The notes under the pieces: model-generated | Database searches by the model: none | The model's input: the letters and a program-made list of their open reading frames with translations, nothing else | Told to the model about the DNA's origin: nothing | Program-made: the position numbers and the translations under genes | Part shown: in pieces, positions 12,921 to 25,943 of the stretch | Layout: every line of letters starts with the position of its first letter | Numbering within the stretch: the first letter of the stretch is position 1 | NCBI RefSeq assembly: GCF_006345805.1 | Contig: NC_042998.1 | Coordinates: 91,636,001-91,700,000 of the forward strand | DNA from: Octopus sinensis | Lineage: Eukaryota | Reading direction: 5' to 3' | DNA length: 64,000 bases

Positions 12921-14265
12921 GTCAGTAGAAATCCCTCAAATCTTAATCTTGTCAAAATTGTTGTTAATAATGGTCTGTTCCCTTTCAGAATCACTTTTTT
13001 CCTTTTAAATGGTTGAGAAATGTGCTCTATGATAATATTTGAGTAAACAAAGAATCAAAGATTCAAAATTACCAATACTATCAAAATCTAGAACATACTT
13101 ACATTGCATAATAACTTTAGAGATCTTATGCATAGTACATGTAATGTAGGATTATTACTAGAGGGATGATGTTATATTATTTCCAAAATTAAAGTTGTGT
13201 TTAAAAAACAGTAACAACTTTATTGGTATCTTTTTCAGTTGTGTATTTAACAAAGACAATAAGCTTTTAGTTTTCAGAGTCCTAGAAATTCACAAGCCTG
13301 AGGAGTTTTGACCATGAGTAGTGTTTTTCAAATAAAAATAAACACCTCAGTCCAAGGAAATTAATGGTTATCTTTTTAGGTTGAAATTTGGATAAAGTGT
13401 CTATATCATAGATGAGAACAATACCCATGGTGTACAAACCTATCTTTGACAAAACATTTTTCTTCTCTTCCTATTTATCTAAGTTTTATAGTTATTTACT
13501 TCATGATCTAGAGTAGAATTATTGAAATCATAACCATTGTAGGTATTGATTATTAACCTTTCACTCCTCATATTAAAAGTTGATGGGAATGAATGAGTAG
13601 AAAACAAAATGCGAAAAAAATGTGTTGAATCATAGCAGTACATTGAATGTTTTGGTTAGTGAAAGATAACAAATAACAAGTAGAAAGACAGGTATCAAGA
13701 ATTCTTTGATATAAATTAGGGATGAATCCAATAATTTCAAAGTTATTGTAGAAACTTGCCTTTAACTGTAAAATAACACTAACTTTCAGTAAAATAAATA
13801 AATAAAAGATTGAGATAATAAATTAGCAGTAAGTTGAGAAACAGTATTTGGAATATCCTTAGCATTTTGACTAGTAGAGTAAATAAGAATAATAAAAATT
13901 AGTAATATACCAAAAAGATGGAGAACAAACATTAACTCTCAAAAGTTTATTATTTTCAATTTTTTGCAATGGTTATGACAATGATGACAGTTATGTTCCT
14001 CTATAACATCTACTAGTTTAAGTTCTCTTTTTAAATCCTATACAATATATTGTTGTTTGATAAGTTATAGATTCATGTGTTGTATGATAAAAGTAAATTC
14101 AATTTGATTTTCCATATTTCAAATGTAAGTGAAAATTTGCTTAAAACTTAATTCTAAGATTTAAAAATATGCATTAGAATTAAAGTGATTCAAACTATGA
14201 CAAATCATGAAATTTTATTATCATTTAATAATGATAATAATATCTGTATTATATCATTATTTTAG

Positions 14266-14345
14266 AAAAACCAAAAGATGAGAAGAAGGAACCAGTTGAA
14301 AAAGTTAAAACTCCACCTAAGATTGAAGATGTCACAGAATCTACT
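14266..14345 (+). CDS. Exon 17: 80-nt linker plus Ig A strand
   Basis: tttag|AA...TCTACT|gtaag; EKPKDEKKEPVEKVKTPPKIEDVTEST. Confidence 0.85.
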
Positions 14346-14739
14346 GTAAGATATATTTTTGTTTGTTTTGGAAATCTTTTTCTCTTAATCATCCTATCAT
14401 ATTAAATAAAATAACACATAAAAATATAAAGGAGGCATTCAGTTATAGATTAATAGCTATTACTTTAATTTCATTTACTACATAAACAATGAGAATATCA
14501 CTGCTATGTAGATTTTGAAAGTAAGTGAAAAAACATCCATTAATTATAATTGCTTCATGAGTATTAATATTTGATATTACGTTATTTCTGAAATTTATAT
14601 TTTTTATACAAATGGCAACTGATTTGAATAAATTTAGTTCTGTTCTTTAATGAGAAATAGTAAAATAAAAAGGCTTCAAACATCAATACTATGAAAAATC
14701 AAGCAATTTTATTATTAGAATGGTTATTAAGCTTTTACA

Positions 14740-15030
14740 TCATCATCATCAGTGTTTAACGTCTGTTTTCCATGCTGGCATGGGTTGGATGGTTCAACTG
14801 GGGTCTGGGAAACCAGGAGGCTGCACCAGGCTCTAATCTGATCTGGCAGTGTTTTTACATGTCACAGGCACAGGGGCCAGAGGAACTGGAATCGACCATG
14901 ATTGGATGGTGCTTTTTATGTGCCACCAGCATGGAAGCCAGTGAAGGTGGCTCTGGTATCGGCCACGTTCGGATGGTGCTTTTTACATGCCACCAGCATG
15001 GGGTTCACAGCTACAATTTCCATTTGATTT
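14740..15030 (+). mobile_element. Interspersed repeat family C ((CAT)n-TTTAACGTC...CATGCTGGCATGGGTTGG)
   Basis: Homologous to 25330-25710 (-), 31010-31185 (-) and 31378-31590 (+); weaker copies near 11850-12020 and 20905-21060. Confidence 0.7.
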
Positions 15031-15772
15031 TGATATTGAAGTTGGTATCATTAAATATTAATAGTAATTAATGTAGTCTGTGAAAATTGATTATATCACA
15101 TACATATTCTTAATTAAATTATAAATAAATACACCTGGAAAATATTACACTCTTAGATAATCAAGTTTGGTTAGAAAGTTCAATTACACAATTGACCTTT
15201 GATTTGTTTAGAAAGTTCAGTTACACAATTGATGTCCGATTTGTGAAATAATAAATCAAAGGAGTATAATTTTGGTATGGAGTGTGGATGGTTTTCTTGT
15301 AGCTAAACCCAAGTTATGAACAACAGGCTCTGCTGCAGTGGTGCACACAAATATAGTATTAAATTGTAGTGAGATTGCTATTATCCTATGATAGCTGCAG
15401 TCCAGCTCATCTTTACACAATTCAAAGTTCTTTTATTATATAATGTACAAATAAAACAGTTTTTCTACATGTATATCACAACAGGCAATAATTATATTCC
15501 TAGTATATGAGAATATAGAAATACATAGAATACAGTAACATCAAAGTGTACTTGACACAAAAAAACTGTAAACTTTGAAATCTATACCTGTAATGTATAC
15601 ACAATGAATTTTTATGTATTTCATTTTTGTACTACATCAGAAGATTACATTAATTCTAAAACATTTTTCATTTTTTAAACTCCACTGTTATTGCTTTGGG
15701 ATTTAGATATGTTTTCTAATATTTAAAGTTGAAGAGTTTTTAATACATATATATACTGTCATTTCATTTTAG

Positions 15773-15849
15773 AAAATTATGGAAGATAAACCTTTTGAAA
15801 TAAGATGTAAAGTAACTGGTGATCCGAAACCCACAATCAAATGGTTTAA
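15773..15849 (+). CDS. Exon 18: Ig 5' half (77 nt)
   Basis: ttttag|AAA...TTTAA|gtaag; KIMEDKPFEIRCKVTGDPKPTIKWF. Confidence 0.9.
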
Positions 15850-16175
15850 GTAAGTATTTCATAAATATCTAATTTTTTTTTAGATATTTTAAAAATAAGA
15901 ACTATTTTTTACAAATACATTATAAAAGTTATATGTATTCACTAGGCCTACCTAATAAGTGAGCCTTCTGTCTCTAGAATCTCAATTTGATGGAAAATGT
16001 ATGCAAAGAATAGATTTTAGAAGCAACAGTTTACAGTGATAGTAATGATATAAGAGAAAGAAACTAACACCAGCCTTTCCATGGACTAGAGTTAGAGAAT
16101 TTTGATAAGTGAGTGTAACTGAACACATAAATGGCTTCATTATAAATGCTAACCATATTTAAATTTGTTATTTAG

Positions 16176-16342
16176 GGATGATAAACCAATTACATCAAAT
16201 GCTGACATCAAAATATCTCAAGATGGCACTACTTGCATTATAAAACTTCCCAAAACAAAGAAAGATCAAAGTGGAACATATAAATGTGTTGCCACAAATG
16301 CTGTTGGAACTGCAGAATGTACATGTACAGTTACTGTTGAAG
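16176..16342 (+). CDS. Exon 19: Ig 3' half (167 nt)
   Basis: tttag|G...GAAG|gtaat; DDKPITSN...QSGTYKCVATNAVGTAECTCTVTVE. Confidence 0.9.
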
Positions 16343-16513
16343 GTAATTATTTTTTGAGTAATAAGTCAAATTTATTGTGTAAAGTATATACAGATCATAA
16401 GAAATTTAATTAAAATATTTTACCATGTTTGCAAATCATGTTTGTTTTTGAACTTTATATTTTCATAAGAATTCCTTTAATAATGTTAATTGTTGTATTT
16501 TTATTTCTTCTAG

Positions 16514-16813
16514 AAAAAACAGAGGCACCAGTTTTTACAAGGAAACTTACAAAGAAAGACTGCAGGGAAGGGCGGCCATTTTCAGTTGATGTTGGTGTTA
16601 AAGGTATACCTTTGCCCGAGGTTACCTGGTATATAAATCAAAAGCTTATTGAATCTAATGAAAGGTTCAAACTTGAAACTAAAAAAGCTTTCTCTGACAT
16701 TCAACATACACTAAAGATTGATGCAGTTGAACTGGAAGATGCAGGCATTATTAAAGCTGTTGCCAAAAATATTGCTGGTGAAGCAGAAACTGAAGGAGAA
16801 TTTATTGTAGAAG
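16514..16813 (+). CDS. Exon 20: single-exon Ig domain (300 nt)
   Basis: ttctag|AA...GAAG|gtaaa; EKTEAPVFTRKL...DAGIIKAVAKNIAGEAETEGEFIVE. Confidence 0.9.
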
Positions 16814-16844
16814 GTAAATAAATTTAGTTCTATGCAAAGGGGAA

Positions 16845-16995
16845 ACAGGAGTGGCTGTGTGGTAAGTAGCTTGCTTACCAACCACATGGTTCCGGGTTCA
16901 CTGTGTGGCATCTTGGGCAAGTGTCTTCTACTATAGCCTCGGGCCAACCAAAGCCTTGTGAGTGGATTTGGAAGACGGAAACTGAAAGAAGCCCG

Positions 16996-17051
<56 letters not shown>

Positions 17052-17250
17052 TTTGTGTGTCTGTGTTTTGTCCCCCCAACATTGCTTGACAACCGATGCT
17101 GTTGTGTTTATGTCCTCGTAACTTAACGGTTCAGCAAATGAGATCGATAGAATAAGTACTAGGCTTACAAAAGAATAAGTCCTGGGGTCGATTTGCTCAA
17201 CTAAAGGCAGTGCTCCAGCATAGCTGCAGTCAAATGACTGAAACAAATAA
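16845..17250 (+). mobile_element. SINE-like family A, well preserved, with internal (TA)n
   Basis: Near-identical to 5163-5580. Confidence 0.8.
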
Positions 17251-17324
17251 AACCTCTATATTTTGTTTTTAATATTTATGAATTAATGGCAGATAAACTT
17301 AATTCTGACATACAAGTATAGCTG

Positions 17325-17490
17325 TATAGGTGCAGGCACGACTAATAAGGAATGATTAGGAAGTTCACTTCTTAATCATGTTGTTTTGTGTTCAGTCTCA
17401 ATGTGTAGCACCACAAGCAAGAGTCTTTTGTTATCACCTCAGGTCAACCAAAGCCTTGTGAATGGATTTAGTAGATAGAAACTCTGTGCA
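17325..17490 (+). mobile_element. SINE-like family A, degenerate 5' fragment
   Basis: Shares ggtcaaccaaagccttgtgaatggatttagtagatagaaact. Confidence 0.55.
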
Positions 17491-17907
17491 TGTGTGTTTT
17501 TATCTCCTTATCTTGACATCACATGATAGTTGTGAATGTTTGTCACCATCATACAAATAGATCATTCATTTCCAATCTTCCATAGAAACATGTCTTGTCA
17601 TAGAGAAATATTACTTTGCTTGGAGACAGGAAGAGCACCCAGCTGTAGAGAATCTATTTCAGTAAATAAAGTCTGACTCATGCAAACATGTGGACATTAA
17701 AACAAAGATAACAATGATGATGGTGATGGCAATGATATTGACAATGTTGACAATGTTTATGATGATAATAATGATGATGAGGATAAGGCTAATGATACAA
17801 GTTGCCTAGAAATTTATTTTTCAAAGCAATATTTGATAATTCTTTACTTTTTTTTTTAGACTATGTAAGACTTTTTTTTCAATAGATTTTTTTTTTTCAC
17901 ATTTCAG

Positions 17908-18022
17908 AAAAGAAAGAAACACCCAAGTTTATCAAAAAGCTTGAAAATTATGAAATTGATGAATTAGAAACTTTCAACATGGAAGTTATTGTAAGCGGCA
18001 AACCTAAGCCTAATGTTGTCTG
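17908..18022 (+). CDS. Exon 21: Ig 5' part (115 nt, phase 1-2)
   Basis: tttcag|AA...GTCTG|gttag; EKKETPKFIKKLENYEIDELETFNMEVIVSGKPKPNVVW. Confidence 0.88.
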
Positions 18023-18182
18023 GTTAGTAGTAAATATTATTCCTTTTGCTTTGATTATTGCATATTCATATAATGGTCAAATAATCAAGATTTAATATTT
18101 AAATAGAAGAGGCTAAAATAGAAAACCATGTGTTTACTTTATGTTTCTCGTTTTTTTTTTTCATTTCTGGTCTCTTTAATTG

Positions 18183-18213
<31 letters not shown>

Positions 18214-18254
18214 TTAATCTAAATGAAATTGATGCATATAATTTGATCATAAGT

Positions 18255-18600
18255 ACCAGCATGGCTGTGTGGTTTAGTAGCTCACCTTGCATTGCAAGTA
18301 TGTGAGCAAGGATCTTCTACTATAGTCCTGGGACAACCAGTGCTTTGTGAGTGAATTTGGTAGATGAAAACTTTGTGTATCTTTGTGCCTATGTTTGTCC
18401 CTGCCTTCTTGCTTAGCAACTGATGTTGGTTTGTTTCTGTTCCTGTAACTTAGAAGTTCAGCTAAGGAAATTAATAGAATAAGTACCAGACTTTAAAAAA
18501 TGCTAAGTACTACAGTTGATTTGATTGACTAAAACCACTCAAGGCAGTGCCCCAGCATGGCTATAGTCTAATGACTGAAACAAGCAAAACATAACAAGTT
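18255..18600 (+). mobile_element. SINE-like family A, diverged
   Basis: Head catggctgtgtgg, body tcttctactatag, tail gtgcccagcatggc...atgactgaaac. Confidence 0.7.
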
Positions 18601-18862
18601 ATGACAAAATCAAAAATTGTTAATGTTCTTGTCATGGAGTTAGTAGAGGAGAGACAAGAACAGTTTGTAACCAGATTATATGCCCTTAGGATGTGGTTCT
18701 AATCCTTTTATGTTCCAAGTTCACATTCTTTTGCAATCCACATTGCCTTCCTCTCTCCCACAATTAAAGTTGATTATAATGACTTCATCACTAACTCAGA
18801 ATGTGTAACTTAATGCCAAAGTTAGAAATCCTTATTGTTGATGAATTATATTGTTCGATATG

Positions 18863-19180
18863 AAGGCGCATGGCTTAGTGGTTAGGGCATTCAGCTCACA
18901 ATTGTAAGGTCATGAGTTCGATTCCTGGCAACATGTTGTGTCCTTGAGCAAGATACTTTATTTTGCGTTGCTCCAGTCCACTCAGCTGGCAAAAATGAGT
19001 TGTACCTGTATTTCAAAGGGCCAGCCTTGTCACACTCTGTGTCATGCTAAATCTCCCTGAGAACTATGTTAGGGGTATGCATGTCTGTGGATTGCTCACT
19101 CACTTGCATGTTAATTTCATGAGCAGGCTGTTCCATTGATCGTATCAGCTGGGACCTTCATTGTCATAACCGACGGAGTG
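18863..19180 (+). mobile_element. tRNA-derived SINE-like family D
   Basis: A box TGGCTTAGTGG and B box GAGTTCGATTCC (18914-18925); body shared with 26641-26958 (-) and 53741-53970 (+). Confidence 0.75.
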
Positions 19181-19798
19181 TTCCTATATTGTTCATGTTA
19201 CAGATATTAATTGGCATAACATATGTTTCTGTTTTGATATTCAAATACAAGAGTTCCAGTCAAATGCTAGGGTTGTTTTATTTGCTTGTATCTCCCCCAA
19301 ACTTGCAGACTTTTGCTAACTTTAGAAATCAATATTTAAATAACACTTTAACTATCTTGATAACTAAACCCACCTGAGACTGACTATTGGTTATATGATA
19401 TAAACCCGTTTTAAAGTGATCCAAGTTAAAATATTGCATTCAAATTTCATGTTAATTTGGATCCCTGACGCTAGCTTAATAATGCCAAAATTAATTTGCT
19501 AAATGTTTCATTATTTTCAAAATTAATTGAAACAAAGGCAGTGCATTTCGACAGAAATTTAGCAACAAAAGAATTAGAATTAACTTTATAATTTTTCATT
19601 TCTATTTCCTGAAGAATTTTGTACATTTTAGTTGCCGTTAGATTGTATTGCAGGTACATAGTATCATTCAACAAATAAACTATTTATTTGTAATTAGAAA
19701 TTTAGAATAATGATTATTATTTAAAAGTCATATTAAAATTATATTTTCATTGATTTCATGTAAAATTTTAATATTAATGATGATTTCTTACATTAAAG

Positions 19799-19971
19799 GC
19801 TCAAAGGCAATAAAGAATTGACTGAGGATGACAACATAAAGTTTTTGGTTGAAGATGATAAGCATACATTGCAATTTAAGTATGTTTCTACAGATGATGC
19901 TGGATTGTTCACTGCTCGAGCTGTAAATCCTGCTGGTCAAATGGCTTGTAATGGCCGTTTGAAAGTTATCC
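19799..19971 (+). CDS. Exon 22: Ig 3' part (173 nt)
   Basis: taaag|G...ATCC|gtaag (AAG acceptor); LKGNKELTEDD...DAGLFTARAVNPAGQMACNGRLKVI. Confidence 0.87.
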
Positions 19972-20396
19972 GTAAGATTTTGTTTTTTGATTTTATAATA
20001 TTTTGGATGATTTCCTTGTATCAAGTAATACATGAATAAAGATAATGTGAATAAAGAGGAGTATATCGTGCTTAATTTGTTAAGTTGGGATATTTTTCAA
20101 ATTTAAATAATTTTAGTTTTGAGGAAAAACCTAAGTTTATTAACACCAAAACAATAATTTATCAAAAACAATAGTAAATAAAACCCATTCAGTTTAAAAG
20201 ATTATTGAATCATTAAATAGATATCTGAATATATGTTCAGATTATGGTTTACTTTTACAATACATTGTATTCTATATAACTGTTTCTTTTCTGTATGTAT
20301 AGTTGCTCTTCTGGCTGTGATTTATTTTTGAAAAAATATACATTACTTTAGTATAATTTTGTCAATTATTTCTATGTAATAAATTTATATTAACAG

Positions 20397-20508
20397 CTGT
20401 TAAGAAGCCATCCTTTGTCAAGAAACCAGTTGATAAATTGGTACCTGAAAATGGTTCAGTTACATTTGATTGTAAAGTCAGTGGACAACCATCACCTACT
20501 GTTACCTG
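20397..20508 (+). CDS. Exon 23: Ig 5' part (112 nt)
   Basis: taacag|CT...ACCTG|gttag; VKKPSFVKKPVDKLVPENGSVTFDCKVSGQPSPTVTW. Confidence 0.88.
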
Positions 20509-20667
20509 GTTAGTATATAATATATTTGAAAATATTTCTAGCCATATTAGAATTTATATAAACGTATTTGTTATCAAATTTTGCATTAAAAAATATTTTT
20601 AAATAAAAGCATTCTCTTCATTTATTTATTTTTTTATGGTACTAATGTATAATTATGTTATCTTTAG

Positions 20668-20894
20668 GTACATCAATGATAAGGAACTCAAAGAAAGTGA
20701 CATTATTCATTTTGATTCTCCAAAGAAAGATGAATATACTCTTACCATTGATAAAGCTAGCCCTGAACTGAAAGGAAAACTGAAAGCTGTTGCAATTAAT
20801 AGGGGAGGAGAAGCTTCAGCTGAAGCCAAGATTGATATTAGAGGCAGAGCACCAGAGTTCATTGAAGTACCTCAGAAATGTACAATTTTGGAAG
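20668..20894 (+). CDS. Exon 24: Ig 3' part plus start of the next Ig (227 nt)
   Basis: tttag|G...GAAG|gtaat; YINDKELKES...AVAINRGGEASAEAKIDIRGRAPEFIEVPQKCTILE. Confidence 0.88.
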
Positions 20895-21352
20895 GTAATC
20901 ATTATCAACATCATTTAATGTCAATGTTTCATGCTGGGAAGGGTAGAACAGTTTGGCAGGATTTGATGGGCTCAAGAACAGTGTCTTCTTTGGCATGGTT
21001 TCTATGGCTGGATGCCTTCCTAATGCCAACTATTTCACAATGTGCACTGGGTGCTTCTTTCATACTACCAGACCTAGTGAGGTCATCATGCATCTTGCAA
21101 GACATAAACCCCGATGCTTGGAGATGAAAGGTAAAAGTATGAAAGAAAGGACCAGAGAAGAACATGTTTCTTGTTGTAGAGAAGTTAGATGGCTGTTTAC
21201 ATATTAGTAGAGAGAAACCTTATTTGTATTTGAAATAAATTTATTGATTGAAAAGAAGAAAAGGCAAATATTTATTCTCATAAATTCAGTTTTATTACAA
21301 CTGTTTCTACTTTACATGTATATTTTATATTCTATAAATTTCTTAATTTAAG

Positions 21353-21638
21353 ATGGTACCACAGAATTCCGTTGCAAGATTGCTGGTGAACCTAAACCAA
21401 CAATTGAGTGGTCTAAGGGAAAATGGATGAAACTTCAAGATGGTGGACGTATTAAAATCTATTATGATGAAAAAACAGGAGAAGAGGTTATGAAGATGGA
21501 AACAACCAAAACTGGAGATGCAGGTACTTACACTGTAACGTTGACCAATGAGCATGGAACAGAATCTGCACCAGCAACTCTTATTGTAACAGACAAGGAA
21601 GAGGAGGAAACAGATTGGAAAGCCGGCTTAAAACACAG
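21353..21638 (+). CDS. Exon 25: KGKW-type Ig domain (MyBP-C C1 / titin I80-like)
   Basis: ttaag|AT...CACAG|gtaaa; GTTEFRCKIAGEPKPTIEWSKGKWMKLQDGGRIKI...NEHGTESAPATLIVTDKEEEETDWKAGLKHR. Confidence 0.9.
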
Positions 21639-21760
21639 GTAAAATTATTGAAGCTGTAAATATTTATTTTTTGCATGTTTTTTTTATAATAGGAAATATA
21701 GCTGCTCTGTACTTGTACATTTACACACATGCCCTCACACACATACATACATGCATATAT

Positions 21761-23453
<1,693 letters not shown>

Positions 23454-23526
23454 AGAGTTTTCAAAAAAATAAAAGACGAAGACAGGTAGTGTACAAAACA
23501 AACAGATGTACAGGAATAGAAAAAGT

Positions 23527-23562
23527 CTTTTACGTTTCGAGTCTACGCTCTTCTACAGAAAG
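23527..23562 (-). ncRNA. Degenerate minimal hammerhead-like motif in a repeat next to a (TA)n tract
   Basis: Minus strand: CTTT-CTGTAGA-A-GAGC-GTAG-ACTC-GAAAC-GT-A-AAAG; core deviates from CUGANGA at A6 and stem II has one mismatch. Confidence 0.4.
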
Positions 23563-23784
23563 GGACACAGAAAAAACAAGGAGAGAAAAAAATGTGTGTA
23601 GTGGCTAATGATCTATCATGGCGACTGCCAGACAGAAGGGTCATATATGAGAAGTATTGGTATCCAGAAGACCCAAGATGGCAGGTAACGCTATGTAAGT
23701 GCTATGGAAGGACCATAGTTAAACTCTTGGTTCAATAGTAATACGAATGAGGAGCTTAATGCGGGTCTTGTGTGAGCATGTATA

Positions 23785-24123
23785 TGTTAAATAAAATGAG
23801 ACAACAAAACCAAGGCTCTGTGGAATTTTACACAGGACTTTCTATACAGCACTTTCCTTGGATAATGGAATTGCAACTGTAACATCCTACATATATTTTT
23901 ACTTTTATTCTCTTATTTCCCTTTATACTTCCTATATCCATCCTTTTCCAAAATAACTCCTTATATTGAACTGTATTACTTCCCTCGAGCTCACTCTCTC
24001 ATATTGTCTCTCATAAAGGGATATCCATAATATCCCAGAAACAGATGTAAGATTACCTTTCTCTTTATAAATATCCTATAAATTCCACACAGCCTTGGCT
24101 TTGTTGTCTCATTTTATTTAACA
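23785..24123. repeat. Inverted repeat with arms of about 44 bp (MITE-like)
   Basis: tgttaaataaaatgagacaacaaaaccaaggctctgtggaattt (23785-23828) versus reverse complement of 24080-24123, with 2 mismatches. Confidence 0.75.
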
Positions 24124-24296
24124 CACATACACACACGCACACATTTATTTATTTACATAATCATTAAAAAATTCAAAATTATTACTGAATCTGAGAAAAA
24201 TATTTATAGAATTAAATTTGATGATCATAGAAACTAACTAGCATAGAGAATAAATATTCCATAAAAATTTTTAATATTAAAACCTGTTTTATATAG

Positions 24297-24462
24297 GGAG
24301 CAAGAAGAACGAGAACTTGAAGAAGACGCTGGCTTTGATATTAACCTTCGTAAGGTTGAACTGGAAGAACAAGAGGTGACTCTAACTGATACCACCAAAC
24401 GTACTATGGAAATTGAAGCAGATGAAGTAACATATGATCTAAAGAAGAGAGATATGCCTGAA
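24297..24462 (+). CDS. Exon 26: acidic non-Ig linker (166 nt, phase 2-0)
   Basis: atatag|G...CCTGAA|gtaag; EQEERELEEDAGFDINLRKVELEEQEVTLTDTTKRTMEIEADEVTYDLKKRDMPE; not in the ORF track but bridges the phases exactly. Confidence 0.85.
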
Positions 24463-24917
24463 GTAAGTAGAATTTTTATATATCTTTGTGAGTGAAGATT
24501 GTATTTTATTTATTGAAGGATATCTATTTACATTTTTTGTTAGATGTGCTAACTCTAAAAATCAGTATATAAATGAAGCATGTTTAATACTACATACATA
24601 GTTAAATTCTATAATATCAAAGTGATATTTTTTACTAGAGAAATGCAAAGTATAAAATATCATTAAAGTTAAGCCCATTAAAATATTATCTTTGATATTT
24701 AATATTTTAAACTGACCATGTCGTTATTGAAGAGTAAATTAGCTCTTGAAATTAATACTGAAATGAATATTTAGTTTGTGGATGTTATTTTTTGTTTTAT
24801 AATAACAAGATGTTAATATTATAATTAAGGTTTTTATATTTCAATTTTAAGATTTAAATTTTAAATACATATTTTTACGTTTTTATTTTCATTATGTTTA
24901 TGTATTTTTGTTTTTAG

Positions 24918-25112
24918 TTGGATGAATTCAAAGACAAAACATATGATCTTCAAAAACGTGAAGACATTGAGTTAGCTAAAGTAGATAAGAAACCTGGAAA
25001 GGATGAAAAAGAGAAAGATAAAAAGAAACCTGAAGACAAATATGCAAAGAAACCCAAAGAAAAAGATACTGCTACCCTAGAAGATGGTGGTTTCAAGACT
25101 GTCAAGAAAACG
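24918..25112 (+). CDS. Exon 27: K/D/E-rich PEVK-like linker (195 nt, phase 0-0)
   Basis: ttttag|TTG...AAAACG|gtgag; LDEFKDKTYDLQKREDIELAKVDKKPGKDEKEKDKKKPEDKYAKKPKEK... Confidence 0.87.
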
Positions 25113-25329
25113 GTGAGAAAAATGATAAATTTGTTAGGAAGAGTAATTGAAAGTTTTTTAGTGGACACATCAAAAATATTAGCAATATTTGAAACTTTCT
25201 TACCATTATCCTCTAAAACATAAAAGAACTTCACTAAATTCATACACATTTCACTTATTCCCTCTGGGAGATTTTCCATGAATTATGAATCATCTGAGCA
25301 TGATCGTTGCTAGAGCAACAAACTAGCTT

Positions 25330-25712
25330 CTATGCTGGTGGCACATAAAAAGCACCATTCAAACATGATCACTACCTGCGACGTCTTACTGGCACTTGTG
25401 CTGGTGGCACATGAAAAAACATTCAAGTGAGGGCGTTGCCAGTGCCACTAGACTGGCTCCTGTGCAGGTGGCACATAAAAAGCACCATTTGAGCATGGTC
25501 ATTGCCAGTAACACCTGACTGGTCCTTGTGCCAGTGGCATGTAAAAGCACCCACTACACTCTCGGAGTGGTTGGCATTAAGAAGAGCATCCAGCTGTAGA
25601 AACTCTGCCAGATCAGATTGGAGCCTGGTGCAGCCATCTGGTTCGCCAGACCTCAGTCAAATCATCCAACCCATGCTAGCATGGAAAGCAGACGTTAAAC
25701 GATGATGATGAT
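25330..25712 (-). mobile_element. Interspersed repeat family C, reverse orientation, with internal GTGGCACAT subrepeats
   Basis: Reverse complement of 31378-31590; ends in (GAT)n. Confidence 0.75.
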
Positions 25713-25943
25713 GTTTCTTATAAAGTAATGAATAATGCTATAAAGGTTTGAAGACATAGAAAAAAATGTTTGATTATAAATTAATTCTATGTGGAAGAAA
25801 ATAATGTTAGATAGATGAGTAACATAAGTGTAAAAATTGTTCAATCTTTTGTTATATATTATTATACTTTATTTGTGTGATGATTGAAATTGATATGCTT
25901 ATCAAACATTGTGATTACATTTATATATTTATTTCAAATTCAG

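Noticed and set aside
18863-18930. tRNA gene candidates (A box/B box heads at 18863, 26900-26958, 29801 and 53741)
   Set aside because: The heads run into shared SINE bodies and I cannot fold a complete cloverleaf with an acceptor stem, so I treat them as tRNA-derived SINEs.
20895-21127. C-terminal extension of ORF 20636..21127 beyond the Ig sequence
   Set aside because: Read-through past the donor at 20895 into a degenerate family C repeat. The other ORF-track entries likewise run past donors into introns.
19796-21352. AAG acceptors for exons 22 and 25 as non-canonical splicing
   Set aside because: AAG is a less common but ordinary U2-type acceptor, and frame and domain continuity are intact.
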